Shown piece after piece: positions 22,092 to 32,767 of a stretch of DNA of 64,000 nucleotides (its first letter is position 1; the number at the start of each line of letters is the position of its first letter). Location of the stretch: the NCBI GenBank assembly GCA_015069385.1, contig SVIS01000005.1, positions 627 to 64,626 of the forward strand, read 5' to 3'. The notes under the pieces were generated by a model. The model did not search any database. It saw nothing but the letters and a program-made list of their open reading frames with translations, and was not told the origin of the DNA. The stretch is from Clostridiales bacterium. GTDB lineage: Bacteria; Bacillota; Clostridia; Christensenellales; UBA1242. A program made the position numbers and the translations under genes.

Positions 22092-22258
22092 TATTTCCCT
22101 CCTGTAACATTTTTTTATTGTTTTACATATATAAAGCAAGAAGCAACTATAAAACAATTTTTATATAATACATTTTATCATTATTTCTTTAATTATAAAT
22201 GCTGGAATTTGGTGATATATTGTTGAATTTATTGTTTTAAAGTCGAAAGGAGGGAACT

Positions 22259-22435
22259 ATGAATAACAACACCGAAATACTATTATTTATAATATTTTTA
22301 GGACTATTTGCAAATGCAAACAATTTAGACTTAGCCAATAATACATCAATTTTACTGCTTTTAACTTTGATTTTGCTTGGTGGAAGTTGGAATAATAGTT
22401 GTAACTGTGGTTGTGGTTGCGGCTGCAATAACTAA
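22259..22435 (+). CDS. Small hydrophobic protein with Cys/Gly tail (putative spore coat protein; not in ORF track)
   Basis: AGGAGG RBS; MNNNTEILLFIIFLGLFANANNLDLANNTSILLLLTLILLGGSWNNSCNCGCGCGCNN (58 aa). Confidence 0.7.
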   Translation: MNNNTEILLFIIFLGLFANANNLDLANNTSILLLLTLILLGGSWNNSCNCGCGCGCNN

Positions 22436-22441
22436 AGATAA

Positions 22442-22457
22442 TGTTTCACGTGAAACA
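22442..22457. promoter_or_regulatory. parS centromere-like site
   Basis: Perfect TGTTTCACGTGAAACA downstream of parB. Confidence 0.95.
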
Positions 22458-22497
22458 TTTATTAAAAAAAGATGGCTTATACCATCTTTTTTATAAC

Positions 22498-23427
22498 TTA
22501 TTTTCTTTTATTAAATTCACTTAGTTCTTTTAATGTAAGTTTTTTTGTTTTAAGTAAATTCATCATTTCAGCTATACGATCTAAATCATCTGTAGAATAA
22601 TAATCTATATATATTCTACCCTTATGATCATTACCAATAACAGAAACTTTTGTAGCAAATGTTCTTTGCATTTCATTAACAAGCTCTTTTAACTCTATAC
22701 TTTGTTGAGGAGCAATTCTTTCAACCTCTTTTTTAGGTTTTAATAAGTTCTTAACAGCCTTTTCGAGGTCACGCACAGTCATTTTATTATCAGAAGCCGC
22801 CATGGCAAGCTTAATTTGCATATCATAATTTTGAACAGGAACCAAGCAACGAGCATGCCCAGCAGACAATTTATTATTTTCCACCAAGGCAATAACTTCA
22901 GGACAAAGCGATAATAGCCTTATTGTATTAGCAATATTTGGCCTACTAACACCTATACGCTCACTAACAGCCTCTTGCGTCATTTTATATTCTTCCATCA
23001 ACTGTTTAATTGCCCTAGCAGACTCTATAGGATTTAAGTCTTCACGTTGCAAATTTTCTATAATAGAAATCTCTTTAATTTGTTTCTCGGAATAATTCTT
23101 AATAACACATGGAATTTTAGTTAAGCCAGCAAGTTTTGAGGCCCTATAACGCCTTTCACCCGCAATAATTAAAAATGTACCATCTTTTTGATCATTTACA
23201 ACTAATGGCTGAATAACACCATGAATTTTTATTGAGGCAGCCAATTCCGCCAAAGCCACCTCATCAAAGTTTTTACGTGGCTGATTAGGATTAGCAACCA
23301 ACTTATCAATTTCAATTTCGCTAGCGCCAGCCATATCTGCCGATTTTTTAACTGTATCATCATAATCATCATAGGCAGAAAGCAAAGCCCCCAACCCTTT
23401 TCCTAAACCTGTTTTTTTAACAACCAT
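22498..23427 (-). CDS. parB: ParB/Spo0J partition protein
   Basis: GLGKGLGALL, NPNQPRK, IIAGERRYRA, IENLQREDLNPIE. Confidence 0.96.
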   Translation of the reverse strand: MVVKKTGLGKGLGALLSAYDDYDDTVKKSADMAGASEIEIDKLVANPNQPRKNFDEVALAELAASIKIHGVIQPLVVNDQKDGTFLIIAGERRYRASKLAGLTKIPCVIKNYSEKQIKEISIIENLQREDLNPIESARAIKQLMEEYKMTQEAVSERIGVSRPNIANTIRLLSLCPEVIALVENNKLSAGHARCLVPVQNYDMQIKLAMAASDNKMTVRDLEKAVKNLLKPKKEVERIAPQQSIELKELVNEMQRTFATKVSVIGNDHKGRIYIDYYSTDDLDRIAEMMNLLKTKKLTLKELSEFNKRK

Positions 23428-23428
23428 A

Positions 23429-24238
23429 TTATTTTTTTCCTTTTAATGAACGTTTTCCGGGTTTTTTATACTCTATCCCGCTCCTGTCTAAAAATTCATA
23501 CGCAAGAGACAAATATGCCTCAGCACCTTTAGATTTTATATCATATGTAGCAATAGATTCGCCATGACTTGGTGCCTCTGCAAGCCTAATATTTCTTGGA
23601 ATATATGTTTCAAAAACTTTATTGCCAAAAAATCTTTTAACCTCTTCACTAACCTGTGCAACCAAATTAGATCTATTATCTTTCATTGTCATAACAACAC
23701 CATCAATCTGTAATGAAGGATTTAAATGGTGTATTATTAATCTAATTGTATTCATTAACTGAGTCAACCCCTCCAGTGCAAAAAACTCACACTGAATTGG
23801 AATAATAACAGAATTTGCCGCAGTTAACGAATTAACCGTCAAAAGCCCAAGAGATGGCGGACAGTCAATCATCACAAAGTCATATTTTTCAATAACCCTA
23901 TTCAAAATATTTTTTACGACCGACTCTCTAGATTGCATCTGCACCAGTTCAATTTCTGCACCAGCAAGATCAACAGTTGCAGGAATTATATCTAAATTTT
24001 CAATATTTGAATGCAGAATTACATCTTCAACATAACACTCTTTACTTATAACATTATAAATAGTTTTAGTTTCTTTTGTTTTTTCAACACCAACCCCGCT
24101 AGAAGCATTTCCCTGTGGGTCCATATCTAAAATTAACACCCTTTGCCCCAACAAAGCCAAAAACGCAGCCAAATTTACACAAGTTGTGGTTTTTCCAACC
24201 CCACCTTTCTGATTGGCAAATGCAACAATTTTACCCAA
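23429..24238 (-). CDS. parA: ParA/Soj ATPase
   Basis: NQKGGVGKTTT, DPQGNA, IDCPPSLG, RNIRLAEAPSHG; TTG start after AGGAG. Confidence 0.96.
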   Translation of the reverse strand: MGKIVAFANQKGGVGKTTTCVNLAAFLALLGQRVLILDMDPQGNASSGVGVEKTKETKTIYNVISKECYVEDVILHSNIENLDIIPATVDLAGAEIELVQMQSRESVVKNILNRVIEKYDFVMIDCPPSLGLLTVNSLTAANSVIIPIQCEFFALEGLTQLMNTIRLIIHHLNPSLQIDGVVMTMKDNRSNLVAQVSEEVKRFFGNKVFETYIPRNIRLAEAPSHGESIATYDIKSKGAEAYLSLAYEFLDRSGIEYKKPGKRSLKGKK

Positions 24239-24316
24239 AGCATTATCTCCTTTTTTTAGAAAGTATATCACATGTTTTATGTTTTGCAAACAACAATTTC
24301 AAAAAAAACCAAAAAA

Positions 24317-24332
24317 TGTTTCACGTGAAACA
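24317..24332. promoter_or_regulatory. parS centromere-like site
   Basis: Perfect TGTTTCACGTGAAACA upstream of parA. Confidence 0.95.
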
Positions 24333-24386
24333 TTTTTGTTTTGTTTATTGAAAATCTGTTTACTTTTTGCTCGGTTTATTCTATAA

Positions 24387-26642
24387 TTGTTTCAAATGAT
24401 AATTAACGGAACTATTGAAGAAATTATTTTTAGGAATGATGACAACGGATACACTGTTGCCGTTTTATCACACAAAGATAATGGATTTGATGAATATACG
24501 ACAATTGTTGGCATTCTGCCAGATGCAAGGGTGGGCCAATGCCTTAAGTTAGAAGGAAAAATAATAAATTCTAAATATGGCAAACAATTTAGTTTCACTA
24601 ATGCAGAAATAGTGTACCCTAGTAGCATCTCAGGCATAAAAAAATATCTATCAAGCGGTTTAATTAAGGGCATTGGCCCAGTTACTGCAGGTTTGATTGT
24701 TGACGAGTTTAAAAATGATACATTAACCATAATAGAATATTCACCCGACAAACTGGCAAAAATTAAAGGAATAAGCAAAAATAAAGCATTGCAAATATCT
24801 CAAGCATACAATGATATAAAAAAAATGCAAAATAGTGTAATGTTTTTACAAGAATATAACATATCAACCAATATGGCCATTAAAATTTTTAATACTTATG
24901 GCGATAAAACAATTGAATATGTTAAAACAAATCCATATAAATTAGTTGAAGATATAAAAGGAATTGGCTTTTTAACTGCAGACACTATCGCTAAAAATAT
25001 GGGAATTGCATCTAACTCCATGTTTAGAATTAGAGCGGGTATCGTGCACTGTTTGGAAGAAAATTGCGAAAAAAACGGAAATACCTTTTTATATAAGGAT
25101 ATGTTATTAAAAGATTCTGCAATGCTATTAGGCTTAAACCTTGAAGCCAATCAAGAAAAAATTGAAGAAGCGCTCGTCAATATGGGTTTTGACAAGTTAA
25201 TTTCTATGTTTAGAAACAAACAAGGCAGAGAAATTGTAATGCTTACACAATATTATTTTGTGGAAAGCGCCATAGCACAAAAACTCGCAAAATTAAATTT
25301 AACAGCAAAGACAACAAACAAAGATTTCTCCAAGCCCATAAATATATTTGAGCAATTAAATAAAATATGCTTTGATGAGCAACAAAAAAGCGCAATAGAG
25401 AACTCATTGAAAGCAGGTGTAAGCGTAATTACCGGTGGACCAGGAACCGGCAAAACAACAATAGTTAAATGTATTTTAAATATTTTGGAGCAAGAAGGCG
25501 AAAAAGTAATTTTGCTAGCACCAACCGGAAGAGCAAGTAAAAGATTATCAGAAAGCACAGGGCGCACAGCAAAAACAATTCACAGAGGTCTTGAAATAAA
25601 CTTTAAAGATGAAAAATCTACTTTCGTGCATAACGAACGAAATCCGCTTGAGGCAAATGCAGTTATTGTTGATGAGGTTTCCATGGTAGATGCCCACCTT
25701 ATGAATTCTCTTTTAAAAGCATTAGCAAGTGACTGCAAACTTATTCTAGTAGGCGACAAAGACCAACTGCCAAGTGTTGGAGCCGGAAATGTTTTAAGCG
25801 ATATACTTGCAAGCAAGATTATTCAAGTATCCTATTTGACCAAAATTTTCAGACAAGATGAAAAAAGTTTAATTGTTTCCAACGCACATTTAATTAATAA
25901 TGGTGAAATGCCAATTATAGACAACACCTCTAATGATTTCTTTTTCGAATCACAACAAGAACCCATAGATATTAAGAATTCAATCATAGGCTTAATTACT
26001 AAGCGCCTACCAACTTTTACTAAATTAGAGCCATCAAAAATTCAAGTTTTAGCCCCGCTAAAAGCAGGCGCTAGCGGTGTTGAAAGTTTAAACAATAGTT
26101 TACAAGAAATAATAAACCCACTAAGTCCGGGACGTAGAGAAATTCATATTGGCAAAACAATTCTTAGAGAAGGCGACAAAGTAATGCAAACAAGCAATAA
26201 TTATGATTTAACATGGACACGCAAAATTGGCCTTTTAACTGAAGAGGGAAGTGGAGTTTTTAATGGAGATATCGGCTATGTAGACAGAATATTTCCCGGT
26301 TCAGATGAAATTATTGTTTTATTTGAAGATGGCAGAGTATGCACATACCAAAAACCTGATGCTGAAGATCTTACACTTGCATACGCAATTACAATTCATA
26401 AAAGCCAAGGTAGTGAATTTGATGTTGTAGTTATCCCAATCATTGCCGGACCAAGCATTATTTTAACTAGGAATCTTATTTATACAGCAATAACAAGAGC
26501 AAAAAAACTTGTAGTTCTTGTTGGTAGCAAAAAAAATTTGGCACGAATGGTAACTAACAAATATACCGCCGAGCGGCTTACAATGTTAAAAGATTTCTTA
26601 ATAGAATCTAACGAAAAACTTAAACTACTTTACGATAATTAA
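24387..26642 (+). CDS. recD2: RecD2 family ATP-dependent helicase
   Basis: GIG HhH motifs, GGPGTGKT, DEVSM, VGDKDQL, YAITIHKSQGSE, YTAITRAK. Confidence 0.95.
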   Translation: MFQMIINGTIEEIIFRNDDNGYTVAVLSHKDNGFDEYTTIVGILPDARVGQCLKLEGKIINSKYGKQFSFTNAEIVYPSSISGIKKYLSSGLIKGIGPVTAGLIVDEFKNDTLTIIEYSPDKLAKIKGISKNKALQISQAYNDIKKMQNSVMFLQEYNISTNMAIKIFNTYGDKTIEYVKTNPYKLVEDIKGIGFLTADTIAKNMGIASNSMFRIRAGIVHCLEENCEKNGNTFLYKDMLLKDSAMLLGLNLEANQEKIEEALVNMGFDKLISMFRNKQGREIVMLTQYYFVESAIAQKLAKLNLTAKTTNKDFSKPINIFEQLNKICFDEQQKSAIENSLKAGVSVITGGPGTGKTTIVKCILNILEQEGEKVILLAPTGRASKRLSESTGRTAKTIHRGLEINFKDEKSTFVHNERNPLEANAVIVDEVSMVDAHLMNSLLKALASDCKLILVGDKDQLPSVGAGNVLSDILASKIIQVSYLTKIFRQDEKSLIVSNAHLINNGEMPIIDNTSNDFFFESQQEPIDIKNSIIGLITKRLPTFTKLEPSKIQVLAPLKAGASGVESLNNSLQEIINPLSPGRREIHIGKTILREGDKVMQTSNNYDLTWTRKIGLLTEEGSGVFNGDIGYVDRIFPGSDEIIVLFEDGRVCTYQKPDAEDLTLAYAITIHKSQGSEFDVVVIPIIAGPSIILTRNLIYTAITRAKKLVVLVGSKKNLARMVTNKYTAERLTMLKDFLIESNEKLKLLYDN

Positions 26643-26682
26643 AAAAGAACATATTGTTAAAATATGTTCTTTTTTATAATAA

Positions 26683-27720
26683 TTATTCTTTATTTGTAGT
26701 TTCAGCATCACCATCACCACTAAATAATATTTCAACAATACTTTCAGGTGAATGATTTTTTAATTCTTCTTTACATGCCGCAATTAATGAATCAAACAAC
26801 GAACCATACGTTCCAGCATATTGAAATGCCGCCACATGCTCATGACCGCCACCGCCCATTTTGGTTGCTATATCGGCTACGTTAATTGTATTTTTGCCTC
26901 TTAAACTAACATAATATGAATCATCTTCTTGTTTAATTGCCAAAATTGCAATATCAACACCTTTAATTTCTATACCATGATTCACAATACCTACGGTATC
27001 ATCAAAGGTTGCCTCACAACTAGCCAAATCGCCTTTTGTAAGTTTCATATAAGCAATTCGATCATCTTGATAAAATTTAAGCGAATCTAATGCTTTTTTT
27101 AGCAAAAATGCTTTATTTTTTGTGTTATTCTTAAAAAAATGTTCATTTAAGGCATCTAAATTAATTTTACGCTCTAACATCTCGGCAATAATCTTGTGTG
27201 TTCTTGTAGTAATTGCTCCTTGAGTTAAATTGTTAGTATCGGTAATAATTCCAGAATAAATTAAACTACAAACATCATCGTTCATAATAAAATTTTTAAA
27301 TTTAAACAAAAGATATAATGCTTCGCAAGTTGAAGATGTTTTTAAAACCAAATTATTATCAGCAAATTCATCATTAGTAATATGATGGTCAATATTTACA
27401 CGCATAGCGCAAGAATTAAACATTTCTTCATATTTTCCAAGTCTATTTGAATTTGCACAATCAAGCGCAATGCCGAGTTCATAATTATTACAGCGCTGAA
27501 AGTTATGCACAGCACCTTTAATAATTACATTATTTACTTCACCGATTTCATCATAATCAAAGAATAAATCAACAATTTTATCATCACCATAATTGGCTTT
27601 AATTATTTTTTTAAGTGCCACTGCCGAGGCAAGCGCATCAGCATCGGGTGCCATATGCGAAAAAATGGCAATATTTGTACTGTTTTTAATACTTTCTAGG
27701 CACTTTATAAGTGACCTCAT
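26683..27720 (-). CDS. DHH/DHHA1 phosphoesterase (NrnA-like)
   Basis: H..PDAD, IDHH, TDT, SLRG, GGGGH; start at MRSL with AGGAG RBS. Confidence 0.9.
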   Translation of the reverse strand: MRSLIKCLESIKNSTNIAIFSHMAPDADALASAVALKKIIKANYGDDKIVDLFFDYDEIGEVNNVIIKGAVHNFQRCNNYELGIALDCANSNRLGKYEEMFNSCAMRVNIDHHITNDEFADNNLVLKTSSTCEALYLLFKFKNFIMNDDVCSLIYSGIITDTNNLTQGAITTRTHKIIAEMLERKINLDALNEHFFKNNTKNKAFLLKKALDSLKFYQDDRIAYMKLTKGDLASCEATFDDTVGIVNHGIEIKGVDIAILAIKQEDDSYYVSLRGKNTINVADIATKMGGGGHEHVAAFQYAGTYGSLFDSLIAACKEELKNHSPESIVEILFSGDGDAETTNKE

Positions 27721-27943
27721 AAATTTCTCCTTTTTTATAAAAACCAAGACATTTTATCACATATACCACAATATGTCAAATAATGCAAAAATGCCAACCA
27801 TGTCACAATATTTTAACGCTTAATATTAATTGCAACAAACATTATTTTCACTTTTGTTTTATAAAAATATAAAAAAATTGTTTTAAAAAGTTTGATTACT
27901 AATAAAAAAATGATACAATATAAGCATATTAGGAGGTAAAAAT

Positions 27944-28933
27944 ATGAAAAAATTTATTACATGCTTCTTGGCTATTTGCTTAATTGTTCCTTTCGCATTC
28001 TTGCTTTCCGGATGCGGAGAACAACCACCACAAAACTCTGTTACACTTTCTGTTAATCCAGAGTTAACATTTGTTTTAGATGGTAACGATAATGTGCTTA
28101 GTATATCTTATGGCAACTCAGATGCCGGCACCATTTTTGCAAACGTAAATTTTGTAGGCATGAATGTTGATGATGCCATTCAAAAATTCTTAGAACAAAG
28201 CGCAATTAGTGGTCACGTTTATTTATCTGGTGATGTAGTAACTGTTGAAGTAAACGGCATAAACGAAGAAAAAATTACCGCTCTTCAAAATTTAGCAAAA
28301 ACCCAAGTTGAAGAAGTTTTTAACAACCTTGGCGTAACTGTAGAAGTTAACATTGCTGAACTTACTGAAACTGCTAGAAAACAAGCCCTTATTGCAACCG
28401 CTGGCCTTTTAGCCCCAGAAAAAACTGAAACCGAACTTAACGAAATGACTAATGAACAACTTCTAAAACTTATTAACGATAAACAAAAAGAATACGAAGG
28501 CCTTGTTTATTCTCAAATCGCTGAAATTCAAGATGAATTTTCAACCGCACAAAACGCAGCACTTCAAGCAATTCAACAAGCAAAAGCACAAGTTGAAAGT
28601 TTAGAACAACAAATAAATGAAATGCTTGAACAATATGGCGATTTAATTCCAGATGCAATAAGAACACAAATTGAAACAACTCGTCAAACTATTGAAACTC
28701 AACAAAGACAAATTGAAGAACAAGTAAACTCTCTTTTAGAAGTTTTCAAACAAACCATTAACAATGCAAAAGCACAAGCTGAAGCAGCAAAAGCACAACT
28801 TGTTCAACAATTTAATGCACAGGTTGAAGCAACAAAAGTTGATTTTATTGCCCATTTAGACGCTGCTCTTGCAAACGAAACATTAACTCAAGCACAATAC
28901 GACTATTGGAAAGCATTAGTTGAAAACAACTAA
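27944..28933 (+). CDS. Lipoprotein with RsgI-like N-terminal domain and coiled coil
   Basis: Lipobox LSGC; VTLSVNPELTFVLD resembles the RsgI periplasmic domain; Gln/Ala coiled coil. Confidence 0.65.
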   Translation: MKKFITCFLAICLIVPFAFLLSGCGEQPPQNSVTLSVNPELTFVLDGNDNVLSISYGNSDAGTIFANVNFVGMNVDDAIQKFLEQSAISGHVYLSGDVVTVEVNGINEEKITALQNLAKTQVEEVFNNLGVTVEVNIAELTETARKQALIATAGLLAPEKTETELNEMTNEQLLKLINDKQKEYEGLVYSQIAEIQDEFSTAQNAALQAIQQAKAQVESLEQQINEMLEQYGDLIPDAIRTQIETTRQTIETQQRQIEEQVNSLLEVFKQTINNAKAQAEAAKAQLVQQFNAQVEATKVDFIAHLDAALANETLTQAQYDYWKALVENN

Positions 28934-29027
28934 ATACAACTTAATATTTAATTAAATTGCAAATTTTTTGCTTATTAATAACCAATAAATTTGGTAATAT
29001 AAAAGAATGGTTTAGTAACCATTCTTT

Positions 29028-29771
29028 TTATTTTAAATATTTTTTAGAGTTGCAAAAATAACTTTCATCTAAATCGGAATTTAAATATATCTTATTTTGT
29101 TTTAAAGAATAATAATCTTCTTCGCCTATTATAACATTTTCTACCAACACAATAGATAACGCATTAATTATTTTTCCTAAAGCCTCAAATGTTTCAATAT
29201 CTCCTACCGAAGGCGCAGAACTATGGTGCGGGTGAGTATGAGCAAATATACAAAAATTAGTTTTATGTTGCAATAAATAATCTGTAACATCGTTTATGTT
29301 TAAACTTATTAAAGCGTGACTTACTCCTTTAAAAATCTTATATTGTTTAACAGTATAATTTTTGTTTAATATTAATACAACAAATTGTTCGTTATCAGAT
29401 GGTGGTATAATTGTTTTTAAATAAAACAATAAATTTTTTAATGTTCCCACATACGGCTTTTTACCAAAAATTGCCTTGTTATACATATACGCAGTTGCCG
29501 CCATAAATCTTAAAAATCGTGCAGTTTGTTCACCTACACCATTAACATTCATTAAAGCCGAAAGGTTAGCATTAAATATTTCATCTATACTACCAAATTC
29601 TTTTAAAAGAGAATGAGCAATAGGGTTAGTATCGGCTCTTGGAATTACAAAAGTTAAAAGATATTCTAAAAAATGTAATTCATCTAAATTAAAAATGCCT
29701 AATTTATCAATATTTTTTCTTAATCTTTCTCTATGCCCCGAATGCATATTCTTTTCTTCATTTATTTTCAT
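29028..29771 (-). CDS. radC: RadC-like JAB domain protein
   Basis: HSGHRERLR, IPRADTN, HhH GVGE, HTHP...PSVGD. Confidence 0.85.
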   Translation of the reverse strand: MKINEEKNMHSGHRERLRKNIDKLGIFNLDELHFLEYLLTFVIPRADTNPIAHSLLKEFGSIDEIFNANLSALMNVNGVGEQTARFLRFMAATAYMYNKAIFGKKPYVGTLKNLLFYLKTIIPPSDNEQFVVLILNKNYTVKQYKIFKGVSHALISLNINDVTDYLLQHKTNFCIFAHTHPHHSSAPSVGDIETFEALGKIINALSIVLVENVIIGEEDYYSLKQNKIYLNSDLDESYFCNSKKYLK

Positions 29772-29836
29772 ACATATAATTTTAACATATATTGCTTTTT
29801 ACGCAAAAATGTTTGTCGAAATTTGTCATAAAAATA

Positions 29837-30532
29837 TTACTTTTTTATTTTCTTTAATAATTCTTTTTGCTCACCTAAAATTCTAAAAGACTCTATTGCT
29901 TTTTGAATAGCCTTATTATGTGTAAATAAATCAATATCTGTCGTTTGTAAAAAATTATATGTTTTAGTAAAATTTTTAATTAAACAATACGAAATTAACC
30001 ACGCATTTGCCATTTTTACATAATAAAAGTCCAATTTGACATTTTTTATAATTTCTAAAATTTGTTCCAAATATTCTTCATTAATATAATAATTTAAAAG
30101 CATCACTAAAGCGAATCTAACTTCAAATTCCTTTCCACTTTGCAAAAAATATAAAATAATTTGAAATATTTCTTTTAAATATTTTTTGGTTATTTTTAAA
30201 CTACTACAAAAATTATCACAAACAGCCCAATTACTTATACTGGGAACAAAATTAAAAATATATTTTTTTAAAGCACTAAAATCAAGTTTTTTATTAAGCC
30301 CAATTAAAATACTTTTTAATAAATACTGTTCTAAATAATCTTGAGATATATTTAGAATTAAATAATCTAAATCATATTGCAAACTTAATTGTTTGGCATA
30401 TTTTTTTAACAATGGCAGCCTAACCCCAATAGAAGGTAAAGCATTGTCGTTTACAATTTTATCATTAAATTCTTTGTACTTTATATCTTGCATACTTTGC
30501 ATTTTTTTTATAATGTCAGAATTAATATCCAT
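29837..30532 (-). CDS. DNA alkylation repair protein (AlkD-like)
   Basis: IGVRLP, NWAVCD, YYVKMANAW, HNKAIQKAIESFR. Confidence 0.85.
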   Translation of the reverse strand: MDINSDIIKKMQSMQDIKYKEFNDKIVNDNALPSIGVRLPLLKKYAKQLSLQYDLDYLILNISQDYLEQYLLKSILIGLNKKLDFSALKKYIFNFVPSISNWAVCDNFCSSLKITKKYLKEIFQIILYFLQSGKEFEVRFALVMLLNYYINEEYLEQILEIIKNVKLDFYYVKMANAWLISYCLIKNFTKTYNFLQTTDIDLFTHNKAIQKAIESFRILGEQKELLKKIKK

Positions 30533-30616
30533 AAAAATACCTCTTTAAATATTTTAACATAACTTGATTAAATTTAAAAAATAATGTAAACTTTTATAGA
30601 AAAAATAGAGGTCAAA

Positions 30617-31300
30617 ATGAAAAAAAGTTTTATATTTATTAATATATTAATGTGTCTTGCCGTAATGATTGGCGATTTTTGTTACATGAAATATGGAACA
30701 ATTTTAATTAAAGGTATTGCTAGTGGATTATTCGTTTTAACCGGAATAATAAACTTAATTTATTGTATAAAAAACAAACTAAGTTTAAAATTTCCAATTT
30801 TTCTTGTGTGCGCACTATTTATAGCCATGCTTGGTGACATATTTTTAAATATTGAATTTATTGTAGGTGGAATTATTTTTGCAATAGGGCATGTTATATT
30901 TATTGTTGCATATTGTATGCTTCATAAATTTAAATGGTTAGATTTAATATTTATGGCATCAGTTTTAATACCTTCAATTTTAATTGTATTATTTTTACCT
31001 AGTTTAAACTTTTCAGATATATCACTTAAAGTATTATGCATTTGCTATGCAGCCATCATTTCAGTAATGGTTGGCAAAAGTTTATCGAATCTTTTTAGAC
31101 AAAAAAGTTTTTTAAATCTAAACATATTAATTGGCAGTATCTTGTTTTTTGTGTCTGATTTAATGTTATTGTTGTCTAAATTTGCAAAAGTACCTAACAC
31201 TGGCACAGTTTGCTTGTTAACATATTACCCAGCACTTTTCTTACTTGCATTTTCTATTTTCTTTTTTGCTGATGAAAAACTTGAAACAAACCATAACTGA
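30617..31300 (+). CDS. YhhN/lysoplasmalogenase family membrane protein
   Basis: GDIFL, F.IGH, LFFVSD, YY motifs; multi-TM. Confidence 0.85.
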   Translation: MKKSFIFINILMCLAVMIGDFCYMKYGTILIKGIASGLFVLTGIINLIYCIKNKLSLKFPIFLVCALFIAMLGDIFLNIEFIVGGIIFAIGHVIFIVAYCMLHKFKWLDLIFMASVLIPSILIVLFLPSLNFSDISLKVLCICYAAIISVMVGKSLSNLFRQKSFLNLNILIGSILFFVSDLMLLLSKFAKVPNTGTVCLLTYYPALFLLAFSIFFFADEKLETNHN

Positions 31301-31389
31301 TTAACTTAATAATTGGCAATTTATACAGATACAAATATTGTGTCTGTTTTTTAACGATAAAAAATCTACCAGTGTTCGACAAAAATCTC

Positions 31390-31418
31390 TTGAATAGTGA
31401 CACTAATTAGTGTAAAAT
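31390..31418 (+). promoter_or_regulatory. SigmaA promoter with palindromic operator
   Basis: TTGAAT-N17-TAAAAT; perfect palindrome ACACTAATTAGTGT (31400-31413) in the spacer. Confidence 0.6.
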
Positions 31419-31443
31419 GCATATGTAAAGCGAGGAGGAAATT

Positions 31444-32754
31444 ATGAGAGACTATAACTACGGGAATTATTTATTATCACTAAGAGAAAAGTCGGGATTA
31501 AGCCAAAAAGAGTTGGCAGCAAAACTTGGTATAACAAACAAAGCCGTATCTAAGTGGGAAAACGGCAATGCAAAACCCGGCTTAGAACAACTTATAGCTC
31601 TAGCAGAAATTTATGGCGAGCCTTTAGAAAATTTAGCAAAAATGCAAATTAAAAAACAAGGGAAACAAATTACAAAAATAGTTGTAACCGGTGGTCCATG
31701 TGCAGGCAAAAGCACTGCACTAAATTGGATTCGAGAAACGTTTTCTAAAAAAGGTTATGCTGTTTTGTTTATATCCGAAGGCCCAACCGATTTAATAAAT
31801 GGAGGAGTTGCTCCATGGACTTGCAAAAGCACAATAGACTTTCAAACAACAGTTTTAAAATTACAATACGAACGTGAAAAAATTTTTGAAAATGCAGCAA
31901 TGAATATTGCCGGCTACGACAAAGTTTTAATAGTGTGCGATCGTGGTCTTATGGACAGCAAAGCGTATGTAAATGAATATGAATTTATGCAAATTTTAAA
32001 AAGACTTAACTTATCAGAAACAGAAATACGAGATAATTATGATGGAGTTTTTCATTTAGTTACTGCAGCAATTGGGGCAGAGGAGTTTTACTCAAGCGAA
32101 AACAATAAAGCAAGATACGAAACAGCAACAGAAGCAGCCGCTGTAGACAGACGCACTTTAAATGCATGGACAGGGCATCCACATTTAAGAGTGATTGACA
32201 ATAATACTGATTTTAATTCTAAAATGAAAAATCTTCTTAGCGAAATAAGTGCACTTCTTGGAGAGCCTGAACCTTATGAAATTGAAAGAAAATATTTAAT
32301 AGAAATGCCAAATATTGCAAAACTTGAAAAAATTTTTGGTGCCAAAAAATTAGATATAATTCAAACTTATTTAAAATCTACAAATGGTGATGAAATTAGA
32401 GTGCGCCAACGTGGACAAGATGGTGACTATGTATACTACCAAACAACCAAAAAAACTATAAATAATTTAAAACGTATAGAGGTTGAAAAGCGTTTGAGCA
32501 AAGACGAATATTTAAACTTAATTATGCAAGCCGATACCAACAAAAAACAAATTCGAAAAACAAGATATTGCTTTGTATATAATAATCAATATTTAGAATT
32601 GGATATATATCCTTTTTGGCAAGATAAAGCAATATTAGAAATTGAACTTTCTTCTGAAAACCAACAGGTAAACATTCCAAAAGATATTAAAGTTATTAAA
32701 GAAGTAACCCAAGATATTACATATAAAAACTTTTCGTTAGCAGATATAATATAA
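31444..32754 (+). CDS. XRE HTH + AAA_28 (NadR-like) P-loop + CYTH domain fusion
   Basis: SQKELA..VSKWENG; TGGPCAGKST, CDRG; EIERKYL, RVRQR, ILEIEL. Confidence 0.85.
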   Translation: MRDYNYGNYLLSLREKSGLSQKELAAKLGITNKAVSKWENGNAKPGLEQLIALAEIYGEPLENLAKMQIKKQGKQITKIVVTGGPCAGKSTALNWIRETFSKKGYAVLFISEGPTDLINGGVAPWTCKSTIDFQTTVLKLQYEREKIFENAAMNIAGYDKVLIVCDRGLMDSKAYVNEYEFMQILKRLNLSETEIRDNYDGVFHLVTAAIGAEEFYSSENNKARYETATEAAAVDRRTLNAWTGHPHLRVIDNNTDFNSKMKNLLSEISALLGEPEPYEIERKYLIEMPNIAKLEKIFGAKKLDIIQTYLKSTNGDEIRVRQRGQDGDYVYYQTTKKTINNLKRIEVEKRLSKDEYLNLIMQADTNKKQIRKTRYCFVYNNQYLELDIYPFWQDKAILEIELSSENQQVNIPKDIKVIKEVTQDITYKNFSLADII

Positions 32755-32767
32755 AAGGAGTTAATTA

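Noticed and set aside
22237-22428. 63-aa minus-strand ORF MQPQPQP
   Set aside because: Antisense of the Cys-tail peptide, which has the strong RBS.
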